Assembly: GCA_964429995.1 (NCBI GenBank)
Contig: CAYSDY010000001.1
Location: 157,777 to 221,776 of the forward strand
Reading direction: 5' to 3'
DNA from: an uncultured Methanosarcinales archaeon
GTDB taxonomy: Archaea > Nanobdellota > Nanobdellia > Woesearchaeales > UBA583
Length of the DNA: 64,000 nt
Position 1 is the stretch's first letter; every line of letters starts with the position of its first letter. A model generated the notes under the pieces. It saw only the letters and a list, made by a program, of their open reading frames with translations. It was not told where the DNA came from and did not search any database. This document shows positions 9,327 to 18,973 of the stretch, one piece after another. Position numbers and translations under genes: made by a program.

Positions 9327-10916
9327 TCAATCATAATTACCATATAATAATTTTGCCCAATCGTTTCCCTGTTTGTTTGAATATATTTTATCTTTGTACA
9401 ATAAAGAATAATCATTATCTCCAGCATATTTATTTGTATTTATATCATATGTTCCATTTTCTGCTATAAGTACAACTGGATATTCCTGTTTTATGTAACT
9501 GTTACCATCTAAAACTATCTTGAAAGAATATTGTGATATATTTTCACTACCTGTATTAAGGTCTAACTCTACTGTATCAAAATTGTTTCTTGACCCTTCA
9601 CCAGTCATGTTTCCAGATTCAAGTTCTACTTTTTTTATGTTTGAATTTTCTTCATAATAAACAGAAATACTATATTCAAAGTATGTATCTTCTCTGCCTT
9701 TTATGTAATAGGAATATGTTAGATATGTTTTGTTATCTGGAGTTATTGCTGTTCTGTAGGCTCTTAAGTCTGATATAACTTCTATACATAATTTGTCATC
9801 TGTACATCCATATGTTGTAACACCTCCATCATTTTCAATATTTTTATCTAAATATCCTTCTATTTTATCATAACATATCTGTGAGGCAACACTTTCACGC
9901 AAAAAAATAGGAAGATTATCATAGTTGGCTTCAAATCCAAATAATTTTGCAGCATTAACTCCAGCACTATCTGGATTTGTTATAAGATCTATTATTGAAT
10001 ATGCATTTTTAACTTTTACACGTTCGTTTTTAATTGCAGGATTTACAACTGATAGTGCCATATCAGCTTTTTGTATGCATGCATCATCCTGACAATTTGC
10101 TTTGGCATTATCAATTTGCAATTTTAAGGTTTTTAAATCATCATATGAAGGATCATTTATGTTTAAACTTTTTAATGTATCTTCTATGTTTTTTTTTACG
10201 TAATCTTTAATTGCAGAATTTGTCTTGTCAGGATCAGGCTGTGTTAAACCTCTTATTGCATCTAATGTGTTAGCTTCAATTTTATCTAAAACTGTTTTTT
10301 TATTCATAAATTTGCATAGGCCTGTAAACCATCCATTTGAACATTCTGCCTGTGTTATTTTTTGATTTATATATTCTAAATTTTCTGGACTTAATCCAGA
10401 ATATACTTCAAACATCTGTTCTGATGGAATTTCATTTATTATCTGATCGTATTTTTTACATTCATCTTTATCACTACAAGTCTGAATTTGTTCTATAGCT
10501 TTTAAATATACAGAGCTATCTCTTAGAATTCCTGATGATGATAAAATTTGTTTTTCATTTGAGGAAAATTCAGCAAGAGGATTTGTTTTATAATCTTGTA
10601 TTATACTATCATATGTTTTTTGGACATCTTTACTGTTTTTAGTTGAACCAGAATACGTAACTTGTGAATTTGTTCCTTTTATTTTTTGCATTATAAGTAA
10701 AAAATCATATCTATTCTCTGTTTGAAACGCTTTGCCTTTTAATTTTCCAATTGAAACTTCTTCATTAAATGTTGCAATTAAACCTTTTGTTATATCTGTT
10801 TGTGGTGATGTTTGTTGTGTTTTGCCTTCACTAACAACTTGTAATGCAAAAACATTAATAAATTCTACAAGGCATAAAAAAATAAGCATTATAAATATTG
10901 TCTTTTTAAATCGCAT
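9327..10916 (-). CDS. Secreted/surface hypothetical protein
   Basis: Signal peptide; several Cys pairs; 529 aa. Confidence 0.75.
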   Translation of the reverse strand: MRFKKTIFIMLIFLCLVEFINVFALQVVSEGKTQQTSPQTDITKGLIATFNEEVSIGKLKGKAFQTENRYDFLLIMQKIKGTNSQVTYSGSTKNSKDVQKTYDSIIQDYKTNPLAEFSSNEKQILSSSGILRDSSVYLKAIEQIQTCSDKDECKKYDQIINEIPSEQMFEVYSGLSPENLEYINQKITQAECSNGWFTGLCKFMNKKTVLDKIEANTLDAIRGLTQPDPDKTNSAIKDYVKKNIEDTLKSLNINDPSYDDLKTLKLQIDNAKANCQDDACIQKADMALSVVNPAIKNERVKVKNAYSIIDLITNPDSAGVNAAKLFGFEANYDNLPIFLRESVASQICYDKIEGYLDKNIENDGGVTTYGCTDDKLCIEVISDLRAYRTAITPDNKTYLTYSYYIKGREDTYFEYSISVYYEENSNIKKVELESGNMTGEGSRNNFDTVELDLNTGSENISQYSFKIVLDGNSYIKQEYPVVLIAENGTYDINTNKYAGDNDYSLLYKDKIYSNKQGNDWAKLLYGNYD

Positions 10917-11000
10917 AATTATTAATGTAAAATATGAATATATATATTTTTGCTATAACTCTAAATTATGAAAAAATTATTATATGAAAAAAGTGTTTAA

Positions 11001-11873
11001 TTAATTGTTAAAATCTTTAGCAGTGATTTTTTTTATGATTTCTTTTTCATATAGATATGACAGTTTTACTTCTAATTGTGAGTTGTACGATTCTTCATTG
11101 CTTCTTGAAAAATCGCAATAAACAACAGCCTTATTATTTATAAATTGTAGTTTCTCAGACTGCATAGAACATGTACCACTCTGAGAACCTAAAACTGCTT
11201 CAATTTCAAAACTTGGAGCATATTTTTCTAAAAAACATTCATCTCTTACTTTACCTGAATTCTTGTTTGATATTTCTAGTATAATTCTTATACTTGAATC
11301 GTGATTTACTATATCTTTTATGGATACGCCCAAAACTCCATTTTCATATTGATATGAATCTGATTCAGAATCACATTTGTTTGTTTTCTGTGAGGGAATA
11401 CATATCTGTTTTACATATCTTGTACTTGCCTTATAACAGTATTGAAATTTTGCATTAAATAAGTATTGTTTTTCAAAATCTTCTATACTTACATCTGTTA
11501 TTACAAAATCAGCAAGAACTCCTTTGCCTGAATTCTCAGTTGCCTTTGATATTTTTGGAATAGAATATGAATAATCAAGCCCATTTACGTAACTTTTATC
11601 AAAACCACTTACTTTTAGAGAAAGTCCTTCTATATCTGTATCATGATTATTTTGCCATATAAACCCAAAATTGAATTTTTGTCCTTTATAAACTGTTGAT
11701 GGAGGATTGTTCTCGCTAAATGTAAGCTCAACACCTGAATATTTATCAACTTTTTCTCCAGAACTAGAGCTCCAACCACTTGTTTTGGTGTCACTTCCAC
11801 TCAAATCAGAAAAACTGCATCCTGAAAAAAAGAGCAAGCTTATCATTAAAATCAATATATATTTATTGTTCAT
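11001..11873 (-). CDS. Lipoprotein-like hypothetical surface protein
   Basis: Signal peptide with LFFSGC lipobox; beta-rich body; start at MNNKY (ATG 11873). Confidence 0.72.
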   Translation of the reverse strand: MNNKYILILMISLLFFSGCSFSDLSGSDTKTSGWSSSSGEKVDKYSGVELTFSENNPPSTVYKGQKFNFGFIWQNNHDTDIEGLSLKVSGFDKSYVNGLDYSYSIPKISKATENSGKGVLADFVITDVSIEDFEKQYLFNAKFQYCYKASTRYVKQICIPSQKTNKCDSESDSYQYENGVLGVSIKDIVNHDSSIRIILEISNKNSGKVRDECFLEKYAPSFEIEAVLGSQSGTCSMQSEKLQFINNKAVVYCDFSRSNEESYNSQLEVKLSYLYEKEIIKKITAKDFNN

Positions 11874-12339
11874 TTTTCTTAGGTTCAAATTTTTTATAAT
11901 AGTCAAAGTACTCATCATTCCTTTTTATTATTGCATCAAGCAATATCTTTTTTATCTTTTCTTTAAATATATCTTCAAGACTCATAAACTCTAATATCCT
12001 GTAATTATTTTTAACCTTTTCAACAAGAAAAACATCCCTTAACCTTTTTAACTGCCTTCTTATGTTTGAATCAGCGGTTCCATTTATAGATAATCCATAC
12101 TGCTTTCTTATGTCAAGCAACTGATCTTTTATTTCTGTTGCAGAAAGTTCCTTTAGGTCGTTTTTGGATTTTTCAAGAATATAGAGTATGTCAACTATTA
12201 TATCTCTGGAATCTCCTGGCTGTAACAAACCTAGAGATAAGCATATCTTTTTTAGCGTATCACGCTGTTCCAAATTATGAGGTATTTCATATCTTCTTAA
12301 TGTGACCTCCATTAAAGGGGTTTCACTAAAATTAACCAT
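11863..12339 (-). CDS. Winged-helix DNA-binding protein, conserved-hypothetical type
   Basis: EVTLRRYE, CLSLGLLQPGDSRD, SNIRRQLKRL...LVEK HTH/wing pattern. Confidence 0.65.
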   Translation of the reverse strand: MVNFSETPLMEVTLRRYEIPHNLEQRDTLKKICLSLGLLQPGDSRDIIVDILYILEKSKNDLKELSATEIKDQLLDIRKQYGLSINGTADSNIRRQLKRLRDVFLVEKVKNNYRILEFMSLEDIFKEKIKKILLDAIIKRNDEYFDYYKKFEPKKNEQ

Positions 12340-12537
12340 ATTAGTAGAACAAAAACTTTCTTTAAATATTTTTCTATAATATACATAAAATAGTTATAAT
12401 TTATTAAACAATACTGTTTATTTATAAAAAGGGAAAATGTTTTGTAAAAAATTGATAAATTATTGTTTACTTTAAAATGGTTATAAAAAAAAGATGAATT
12501 TAACAAGTTTTATTAATTCTGTATTACTTCTAATATT

Positions 12538-13602
12538 ATGTTTAAAATAAATAAAGTTGAGCCTGCAAACTTTTACATAGATAAAGCCATAAGCATGATG
12601 GAAGAATTTGCAACAAAAAAAAGAAAAGAAATTGATGATAGATTTTTTGCAAGCAAAGCAGTAAAGGATAAGTCTGCAATTGAAATAAACCTTGATAAGA
12701 GAAAAGATTTAGAACTTGATAAAATAAGATTCTTAAATGAAAACATCAGAAATTCTGTAAAAAAAATAATTTCTGATTTTCCAAAATTTACAAAATTAAA
12801 TCCTGTATATCTAAAACTGGTTGATACAAATGAGTTTAGAGTAAGTGATGTTGAAGAAGCTCTAAAAAGATTAAACTGGATAATAGTTTATGCTGATGAA
12901 CTGACTCAAAACAGTGAATTTAAGATTAAAAAATCAAGAAACCAGCAAACTATCGGATTTATAATGAAAAAACATTTAGGTAAAATCAATTCTCTTTTTA
13001 GAAAAAATAAGGATAATTTTGCAATATTGGAAAATACAAGAAAATTTATGAATCAGTTACCCACATTTATAGAGATGTTTACTGTTGCAATCGCTGGATT
13101 TCCAAATGTTGGAAAGTCAACATTGATGAATAAGATTACTGGATCAAAGGTTGAAATTCAAAATTATCCTTTTACAACAAAAGGATTGATGTTTGGATAT
13201 ATTGAGAATGAAAAAAAAGAAAAAGAAATTCAATTTATAGATACACCTGGCCTTCTTGGAAGAAATAAAAACAATGATATAGAAAAAAGAGCGGATATAA
13301 TAATAAAAGAATATTGTGACATTATAGTTTTCGTCTTTGATGCAACAGAAATTTGTGGTTTTAAAACAGATGAACAACTAAAATTATTAAGGCAGACTAA
13401 AGCTTTTGATAAGAAGATAATACTATATTTTAGTAAAAAAGATGTATATGAGAAAGAAGAAGATGAATTTATGAAAGAAAACGAAAACATTTTTAAGAAT
13501 TTTGAATGCTTTGATGATCACAAAAAACTTCTTGAACATATTCTAAGTATAAAAAATAAGAAAAATAAATTTGATATAAGGAATATAAAAGTTATAAGAT
13601 AA
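12538..13602 (+). CDS. NOG1-family GTPase
   Basis: Helical N-domain, GFPNVGKS, YPFTTK, DTPG, SKKD (G4). Confidence 0.9.
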   Translation: MFKINKVEPANFYIDKAISMMEEFATKKRKEIDDRFFASKAVKDKSAIEINLDKRKDLELDKIRFLNENIRNSVKKIISDFPKFTKLNPVYLKLVDTNEFRVSDVEEALKRLNWIIVYADELTQNSEFKIKKSRNQQTIGFIMKKHLGKINSLFRKNKDNFAILENTRKFMNQLPTFIEMFTVAIAGFPNVGKSTLMNKITGSKVEIQNYPFTTKGLMFGYIENEKKEKEIQFIDTPGLLGRNKNNDIEKRADIIIKEYCDIIVFVFDATEICGFKTDEQLKLLRQTKAFDKKIILYFSKKDVYEKEEDEFMKENENIFKNFECFDDHKKLLEHILSIKNKKNKFDIRNIKVIR

Positions 13603-13796
13603 AATCTACAATATAAATTAAATTTCTATTCTTAAATTGCTGGTTTTAACATTTTTATCAATATCCTTTTATTAAACGATACTAGGATGTTATATCTAAA
13701 ATTTGATAATATAATTTTATGTTTAGATAAAAATGTTTTTAACGATAAACAATAAAATTTTTAAATGATTACTTGTTTTTTATATTTATTACTTTT

Positions 13797-13869
13797 GCAC
13801 TTGTGGCTTAGTGGCTATAGCGGCGGTCTTGTAAACCGCAGGTCGCGCGTTCAACTCGCGCCAAGTGCT
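13797..13869 (+). tRNA. tRNA-Thr(TGT), no intron, CCA not encoded
   Basis: GCACTTG/CAAGTGC acceptor stem; anticodon arm GCGGT-CT-TGT-AA-ACCGC; T arm GCGCG-TTCAACT-CGCGC. Confidence 0.95.
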
Positions 13870-13887
13870 CTTTATATTTTAAAAGAC

Positions 13888-14739
13888 TTATTTAATGATG
13901 TTATAAAATTCTTGTTCGCTGATTTTATAAGATGTCCATAACCCTTGGCACTGTGATGATAGTTTACATGTATTACAAAATGAGTATTTTGTTTTTTCGT
14001 TATTTGTTTTATTTTTTATACATAACAGCGTTTGCTTACCTATGTAAACTTTTTTTTCAGATTCAAACGAAATATGATCTTTATTTGTTATGCATAAAGG
14101 AAAATCTAAAAATTTAACTGATTCATCACTAATCTCTTTTGTTTTATTTTTCAAGATATTGATATCTGGAAGTAATTTGCCCAATTCTTCATTTAAAATT
14201 CCTATAGGACTCATTAATGTTAATAGTATAGAAGATGAATTAATCTCTTTTAAAAATATCACAATTTCTTTAATATAATTTTGATTAAAACTACATATTA
14301 CTGTATTTGTAGTAAAAGGATATTTTCTTTTATTTAGTATTTTAATTGCAGATAAAACCTGAAAAAAACTTTGGTTTGAACCTGTAATTAAATCATGAAT
14401 ATCTGCTTTATGAGCATGAATTGAAATGCCTATATTTACTTTTAGAGATATTAACCTGTCTAAATATGACTCAACTGAAAGCATTCTTGCATTAGTCTGG
14501 ATATTAATATTTTTTATCCCTATTTTTCTTGCAAAAATTATTATATGGATTAAATCTTTTCTTAATGTTGGTTCGCCACCAACAAGATACAGGGTATTCA
14601 TAGACTTGTTTTTTAATAATATATTTTTTATTTCAGAAAAGCTTGGACTTTTAAAATTAAGTTTTTTATTTGAACAAAATCTGCAATTATTATTACATTC
14701 ATTTCCAAGTATTAATTCAAAACTTTTTATTTTTGTCAT
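13888..14739 (-). CDS. Radical SAM protein, HxsC-like, with C-terminal Cys motif
   Basis: CNNNCRFC (CxxxCxxC), GGEPT, IQTNARML, C-terminal CNTCKLSSQCQG. Confidence 0.85.
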   Translation of the reverse strand: MTKIKSFELILGNECNNNCRFCSNKKLNFKSPSFSEIKNILLKNKSMNTLYLVGGEPTLRKDLIHIIIFARKIGIKNINIQTNARMLSVESYLDRLISLKVNIGISIHAHKADIHDLITGSNQSFFQVLSAIKILNKRKYPFTTNTVICSFNQNYIKEIVIFLKEINSSSILLTLMSPIGILNEELGKLLPDINILKNKTKEISDESVKFLDFPLCITNKDHISFESEKKVYIGKQTLLCIKNKTNNEKTKYSFCNTCKLSSQCQGLWTSYKISEQEFYNIIK

Positions 14740-14777
14740 ATTGTTTTAAATGAGGGATATATTAAGAAGTGTCCAAC

Positions 14778-15461
14778 CTATCTTATTTTCCTTATCTCTT
14801 TTTCGTTTTTTAAGTGTTCTTTGTTGTAAAAATGTATTATTTCTTTGTATTCTTTTTTAAATAGTTTAAAAATTGTAGTTTTCACATCACAATCCTGATA
14901 AAAAAGACTAAGATTATCAAGAATCATCTCAGATGCGCCTTGATCTATAAGCACATATAGGATCATTAATATTTCAGTATCTTTTTTATATTTTTTTTCA
15001 GGGTTATAGTTCTTTAATTCAAAAGCTATTGTGTCTTGATTATAATTGCCAGAAATTGCTGATGAGATAGAGTTGGTTAGATATTTGTAATAAAGTTTGT
15101 AATCTTTTGTTTCCTTAAAAAAATTTTTGCAAAGATACATCTTGTATAAACAATCATCAATCATTATTATCAATTGCTTATTAAGGTTATCTGAAAAAAT
15201 TGGCTCTAAATTTTCAGGACTTACTATATTTATTTCATTTGAATAATCAACATAACCCGAAAAAATTCCTAACTTTTCTCCCTGTATTCCTAGTCCGCTT
15301 ATTAATCGTGTAGCATCATCAAAAATATTAACTGTAAAATCAATCGATGCAATTTTTAGTCGTTTTGTTATGTTTTCATTTCTATCTATACAGATAGCTT
15401 TTATCCTGTTACTTATCTCTAAGTTTTCTTTTTTTTGCGGAATAGTTTTTATTTGTATCAT
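14778..15461 (-). CDS. Hypothetical protein
   Basis: 227-aa ORF tightly packed behind tatD. Confidence 0.75.
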   Translation of the reverse strand: MIQIKTIPQKKENLEISNRIKAICIDRNENITKRLKIASIDFTVNIFDDATRLISGLGIQGEKLGIFSGYVDYSNEINIVSPENLEPIFSDNLNKQLIIMIDDCLYKMYLCKNFFKETKDYKLYYKYLTNSISSAISGNYNQDTIAFELKNYNPEKKYKKDTEILMILYVLIDQGASEMILDNLSLFYQDCDVKTTIFKLFKKEYKEIIHFYNKEHLKNEKEIRKIR

Positions 15462-15463
15462 TT

Positions 15464-16231
15464 TTATAAAAATATTTTCATGTAATTGTTGTATATTATG
15501 TTTTCTATTTCATGCCTATTTAAACCTTTGATTTCTGCTATCTTATCATATATTACAGGAATATTTAAGGGTGTATTCCTTTCTTTTGAAGGATTAAGGA
15601 AAGGAGAATCTGTTTCAACAAGCAGAAGATTTGCAGGAAGATTTTGTACTAAATCCTGAAAACTTTTTGTATTGGTTATTATCATTGGAATTGAACATGA
15701 AATCCTTAAATCTTTTATTTTTGATATATATTTTTTTTTACCCGAAAAGCAATGTAATATAACTTTTCTATATTTTGAATCTTTTAGATATTCTTCTAAT
15801 ATTTTAAGAACATCTTCTTCAGCTTTTCTTGTATGTATTATGATGGGTTTATTTAACTCTAATGCAAGCTCAAGCATGTTTTTGAAAATATGTACTTGTT
15901 TTTCAAATTCTGATTCAGAAGGATTACAATGTCTATCAAGCCCTACTTCGCCTATTGCAATAAAATTATCTTTATTTTTTTTTAAATATGATATGTAAGT
16001 ATTTAAATCCTTCTCGCTTAAGTTATGTGCATCTTCTGGATACAGACCTGCACATATTTTGACTACATCTTCATATCCTTTAAATAATTTTTTAGAATCA
16101 ATAAAATTTTGAAAACTTGTTGTGTTTGATAAAGTAATGATATTATTTAATTTCATCTGTTTAAATATGTTTTTTCTATCATTATTAAAATCGTCAAAAT
16201 CCATATGTGAATGAACATCTATTAATATCAT
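15464..16231 (-). CDS. tatD: TatD-family DNase
   Basis: DVHSH, IGEVGLD, IIHTR, LHCFSG, VETDSPF. Confidence 0.93.
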   Translation of the reverse strand: MILIDVHSHMDFDDFNNDRKNIFKQMKLNNIITLSNTTSFQNFIDSKKLFKGYEDVVKICAGLYPEDAHNLSEKDLNTYISYLKKNKDNFIAIGEVGLDRHCNPSESEFEKQVHIFKNMLELALELNKPIIIHTRKAEEDVLKILEEYLKDSKYRKVILHCFSGKKKYISKIKDLRISCSIPMIITNTKSFQDLVQNLPANLLLVETDSPFLNPSKERNTPLNIPVIYDKIAEIKGLNRHEIENIIYNNYMKIFL

Positions 16232-16250
16232 TTTAAAAAATAAAATTTAA

Positions 16251-17888
16251 TCATTCCTCTTCAGAATTTTCTTCTTCTCTTTCTTTTCTTGTTGTCATTA
16301 TTATTCTTAACATTGCTGCATATGCTGGTCTTGTTATAAGAACTCCTATTGTAATTCCAAGTAATATCATGAAACAGAAACCCTGAAGCATTTTTAATCC
16401 TGCAAACATTAAAGGAACCATTGCTGCAACTGTTGTAAAATATGCAACCATTATTACATAAAATGCATTTTTTATTTTCTTTTTGGATTTTACTTCAGTT
16501 TTATTTTTTTTGAAGTATTCATCAGTTATTATTATCTGATCATCAACACCTGTTCCTATTGCAGCAATAAGACCTCCTATTGCAGCAAGATCTATTGTTA
16601 TCATTTTATTTAACATTCCAGCAACTCCTAATATTATTATGACTTCTCCTATTAGTGCTATAAATATTGATACGAATATTCCAGGATGTCTATACCTTAG
16701 AGCAACTATCATGGACACAAAAAAGAGTGCCATTATTCCAACAAAAAGAGCATTGTCAAGCAATTTTTCACCTATGTTTGTTGAAATTGAGTATGACTGA
16801 ACTATTTCTAATCTTGATGGTAATGATTTGGTAGAAAGTATTGTCTGTAAAAACTTCATTTCCCTGTTCCCACTATCTATTGCCTGTTTTTCAGTATCCA
16901 TTGTCCTTCCAGATACTGTAATGCTTGGAGTTGTAACTTTTTCATATTTAAATGATGATGCAACGTTTAAACAAGTGATTTCTTTTGAGTCAAGATAAAA
17001 ACATAATTTTTCAGACAAATATCCATCTGATTTTTCACTTAGAGAACTTGCTATATTAAGCATATTGTCTGCAGCCTTTGAATTTATTTCAACTGTAAAC
17101 CTGTAACTACAAATATGTCCTTCTGTATTCTGACTACAACCCTGAAGTCCTGCATGTTGTGGATCGTTAAAGACTTTATAAACATCTTCGCCTGTGAATA
17201 CAGTTTGGTTTCCTATTTTAGCTTCAAAAATTCCCTGCCTTTTAACTAAGTCATATATTTCATTCTTTTTTGAAGAACTTGATTCTATTATTACAAATTT
17301 TTCTTTTGTGTACTGATCATTTAATTCTGAAACTTTTGTACCAGAAGCACCATAGATATCAAGTCTGTTTTTTATTGATGTTAAAAGAAGATCAAATTCA
17401 GAATCTGTGATTTCATCTGTTGGTCTTAATATCAACCTTGAACCTCCTTCTAGATCTATTCCAAGCTTAATATTTGAAGAATGCTTTTCTTCAACACTTA
17501 TACCTAAGGATTCAGAAATTGTATCATTCTCACTAAGATTAATATTTAATGAATATCCTGATGGTTTTTTGTTAGTCCTTATAATAACTGATTGATGGCC
17601 TGATAACTTTGATATGGCATTATAATAATCGTTTAATGTTTCTATTTGATCATTATTTACATAAGTTATCTGTTCATAACTTACAGGATTTAATCCTGAA
17701 TCAAATGTCATGTGGGCATTTTCAGCAAAAGAACCCATGGCAATGCCGTTTATTACAACCCCTTTGTTGTTAAAAGGAAGATTGAAGCCAAAAACCATAA
17801 AGTATGAACATATAAGAAGAAAAACAAGAAAGATTACTCTTGGATTTTTCATTATGTCTACAAGTTTTATTTTAATTCCTTCTTTCAT
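16251..17888 (-). CDS. secD: Protein translocase subunit SecD (archaeal type)
   Basis: LGIDLEGGS, IGTGVDDQIIITDE, C-terminal TM helices. Confidence 0.9.
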   Translation of the reverse strand: MKEGIKIKLVDIMKNPRVIFLVFLLICSYFMVFGFNLPFNNKGVVINGIAMGSFAENAHMTFDSGLNPVSYEQITYVNNDQIETLNDYYNAISKLSGHQSVIIRTNKKPSGYSLNINLSENDTISESLGISVEEKHSSNIKLGIDLEGGSRLILRPTDEITDSEFDLLLTSIKNRLDIYGASGTKVSELNDQYTKEKFVIIESSSSKKNEIYDLVKRQGIFEAKIGNQTVFTGEDVYKVFNDPQHAGLQGCSQNTEGHICSYRFTVEINSKAADNMLNIASSLSEKSDGYLSEKLCFYLDSKEITCLNVASSFKYEKVTTPSITVSGRTMDTEKQAIDSGNREMKFLQTILSTKSLPSRLEIVQSYSISTNIGEKLLDNALFVGIMALFFVSMIVALRYRHPGIFVSIFIALIGEVIIILGVAGMLNKMITIDLAAIGGLIAAIGTGVDDQIIITDEYFKKNKTEVKSKKKIKNAFYVIMVAYFTTVAAMVPLMFAGLKMLQGFCFMILLGITIGVLITRPAYAAMLRIIMTTRKEREEENSEEE

Positions 17889-17939
17889 ATTTTATTTTAA
17901 CATAAGTTATTTTATAAAGTTTTACCAACTATTTATGAT

Positions 17940-18464
17940 ATGGACAATGAAACCTTAAAAACAATGATTTACTATGATGGAATCGTAAAAGGTTATGATG
18001 CACTTTACTATGATGAACAGAAAAAAAAAATAGAATCAATTAAGGATATTTTTCCTAATTTTGGAATAATGCTTGATCTTGGTTCTGGGACAGGGATAAT
18101 TAACAAATATGTGCATGATAAAAAAAATCTTATAGTTATTGCAACGGATTTAAGCTTTAAAATGCTAAAGCAAAACAAAACTTTTTTTAAAATTCAGGCA
18201 GATGCATTATCAATACCTTTTAAAAACAAGTCTTTTGATTTTATAACTTCTTTTAGCGTAATCCAGGATGTTTTATGTATTGATACTTTTCTTAAAAACA
18301 CATGGAATATCCTTAAGGATAATGGAATATTTGTACTTTCTTTTATAAAAATTTCATCAAAGAGAGATAATATAGAAAAATTGGTTGAAAAAAAGTTTAT
18401 AAAAATTGAATATCTTGAAGAAGAAAAGGATGTAATTTTAATATTAAAAAAAATTATTCGCTGA
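17940..18464 (+). CDS. Class I SAM-dependent methyltransferase
   Basis: LDLGSGTG, DLSFKML, IPFKNKSFD. Confidence 0.85.
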   Translation: MDNETLKTMIYYDGIVKGYDALYYDEQKKKIESIKDIFPNFGIMLDLGSGTGIINKYVHDKKNLIVIATDLSFKMLKQNKTFFKIQADALSIPFKNKSFDFITSFSVIQDVLCIDTFLKNTWNILKDNGIFVLSFIKISSKRDNIEKLVEKKFIKIEYLEEEKDVILILKKIIR

Positions 18465-18801
18465 TCCTTTTTTTTCTGCTGACAAGAGCCTTTGTCTGAA
18501 GCAATGATACAACTTCATCTATGTCCCTATCCATTTTATTAAAATGCTCTATAACGTACAAATATACTATAAAAAGCAATAATGTTGCAATAACCAGTGT
18601 TACAGCCAAAAGATTTTTTGAAAGAATTTGAACTGTAGTTGAATATAAAGCAAGTGCTATTAATAGTACATAAACTATCACTGTTTTTGACAAAATCAGG
18701 CTATATTTTTCTTTATTAAGTTTAGTCTTTTCTATTATCAACCCAATTACTGCATTGTCCAGCAAATTAAAATCTATATTTTTTTCTTCTTGTTTTAACA
18801 T
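18454..18801 (-). CDS. Small two-TM hypothetical protein
   Basis: 115-aa ORF with two hydrophobic helices. Confidence 0.65.
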   Translation of the reverse strand: MLKQEEKNIDFNLLDNAVIGLIIEKTKLNKEKYSLILSKTVIVYVLLIALALYSTTVQILSKNLLAVTLVIATLLLFIVYLYVIEHFNKMDRDIDEVVSLLQTKALVSRKKRISE

Positions 18802-18973
18802 ACTATTTTTCTTTCACTTTTATATATAGACATTTCTTACTTTTTAAAAGTGATAAAAAAGTGTTGAAAAAACCTTTATTTATAACTAAAGATTTGTCTA
18901 TGTCTTTTTTGTAATTATTTAACTATTGTTTTTAATAACAAACTTTTAAAAAGCCTTTTTTATTGAATATTTC

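Noticed and set aside
12312..12506. 64-aa minus-strand ORF
   Set aside because: Lies in an AT-rich divergent promoter region with low-complexity F/N/Y/K composition
13797..14777. Integrated element at tRNA-Thr
   Set aside because: No integrase and no duplicated tRNA 3' end (att site) seen
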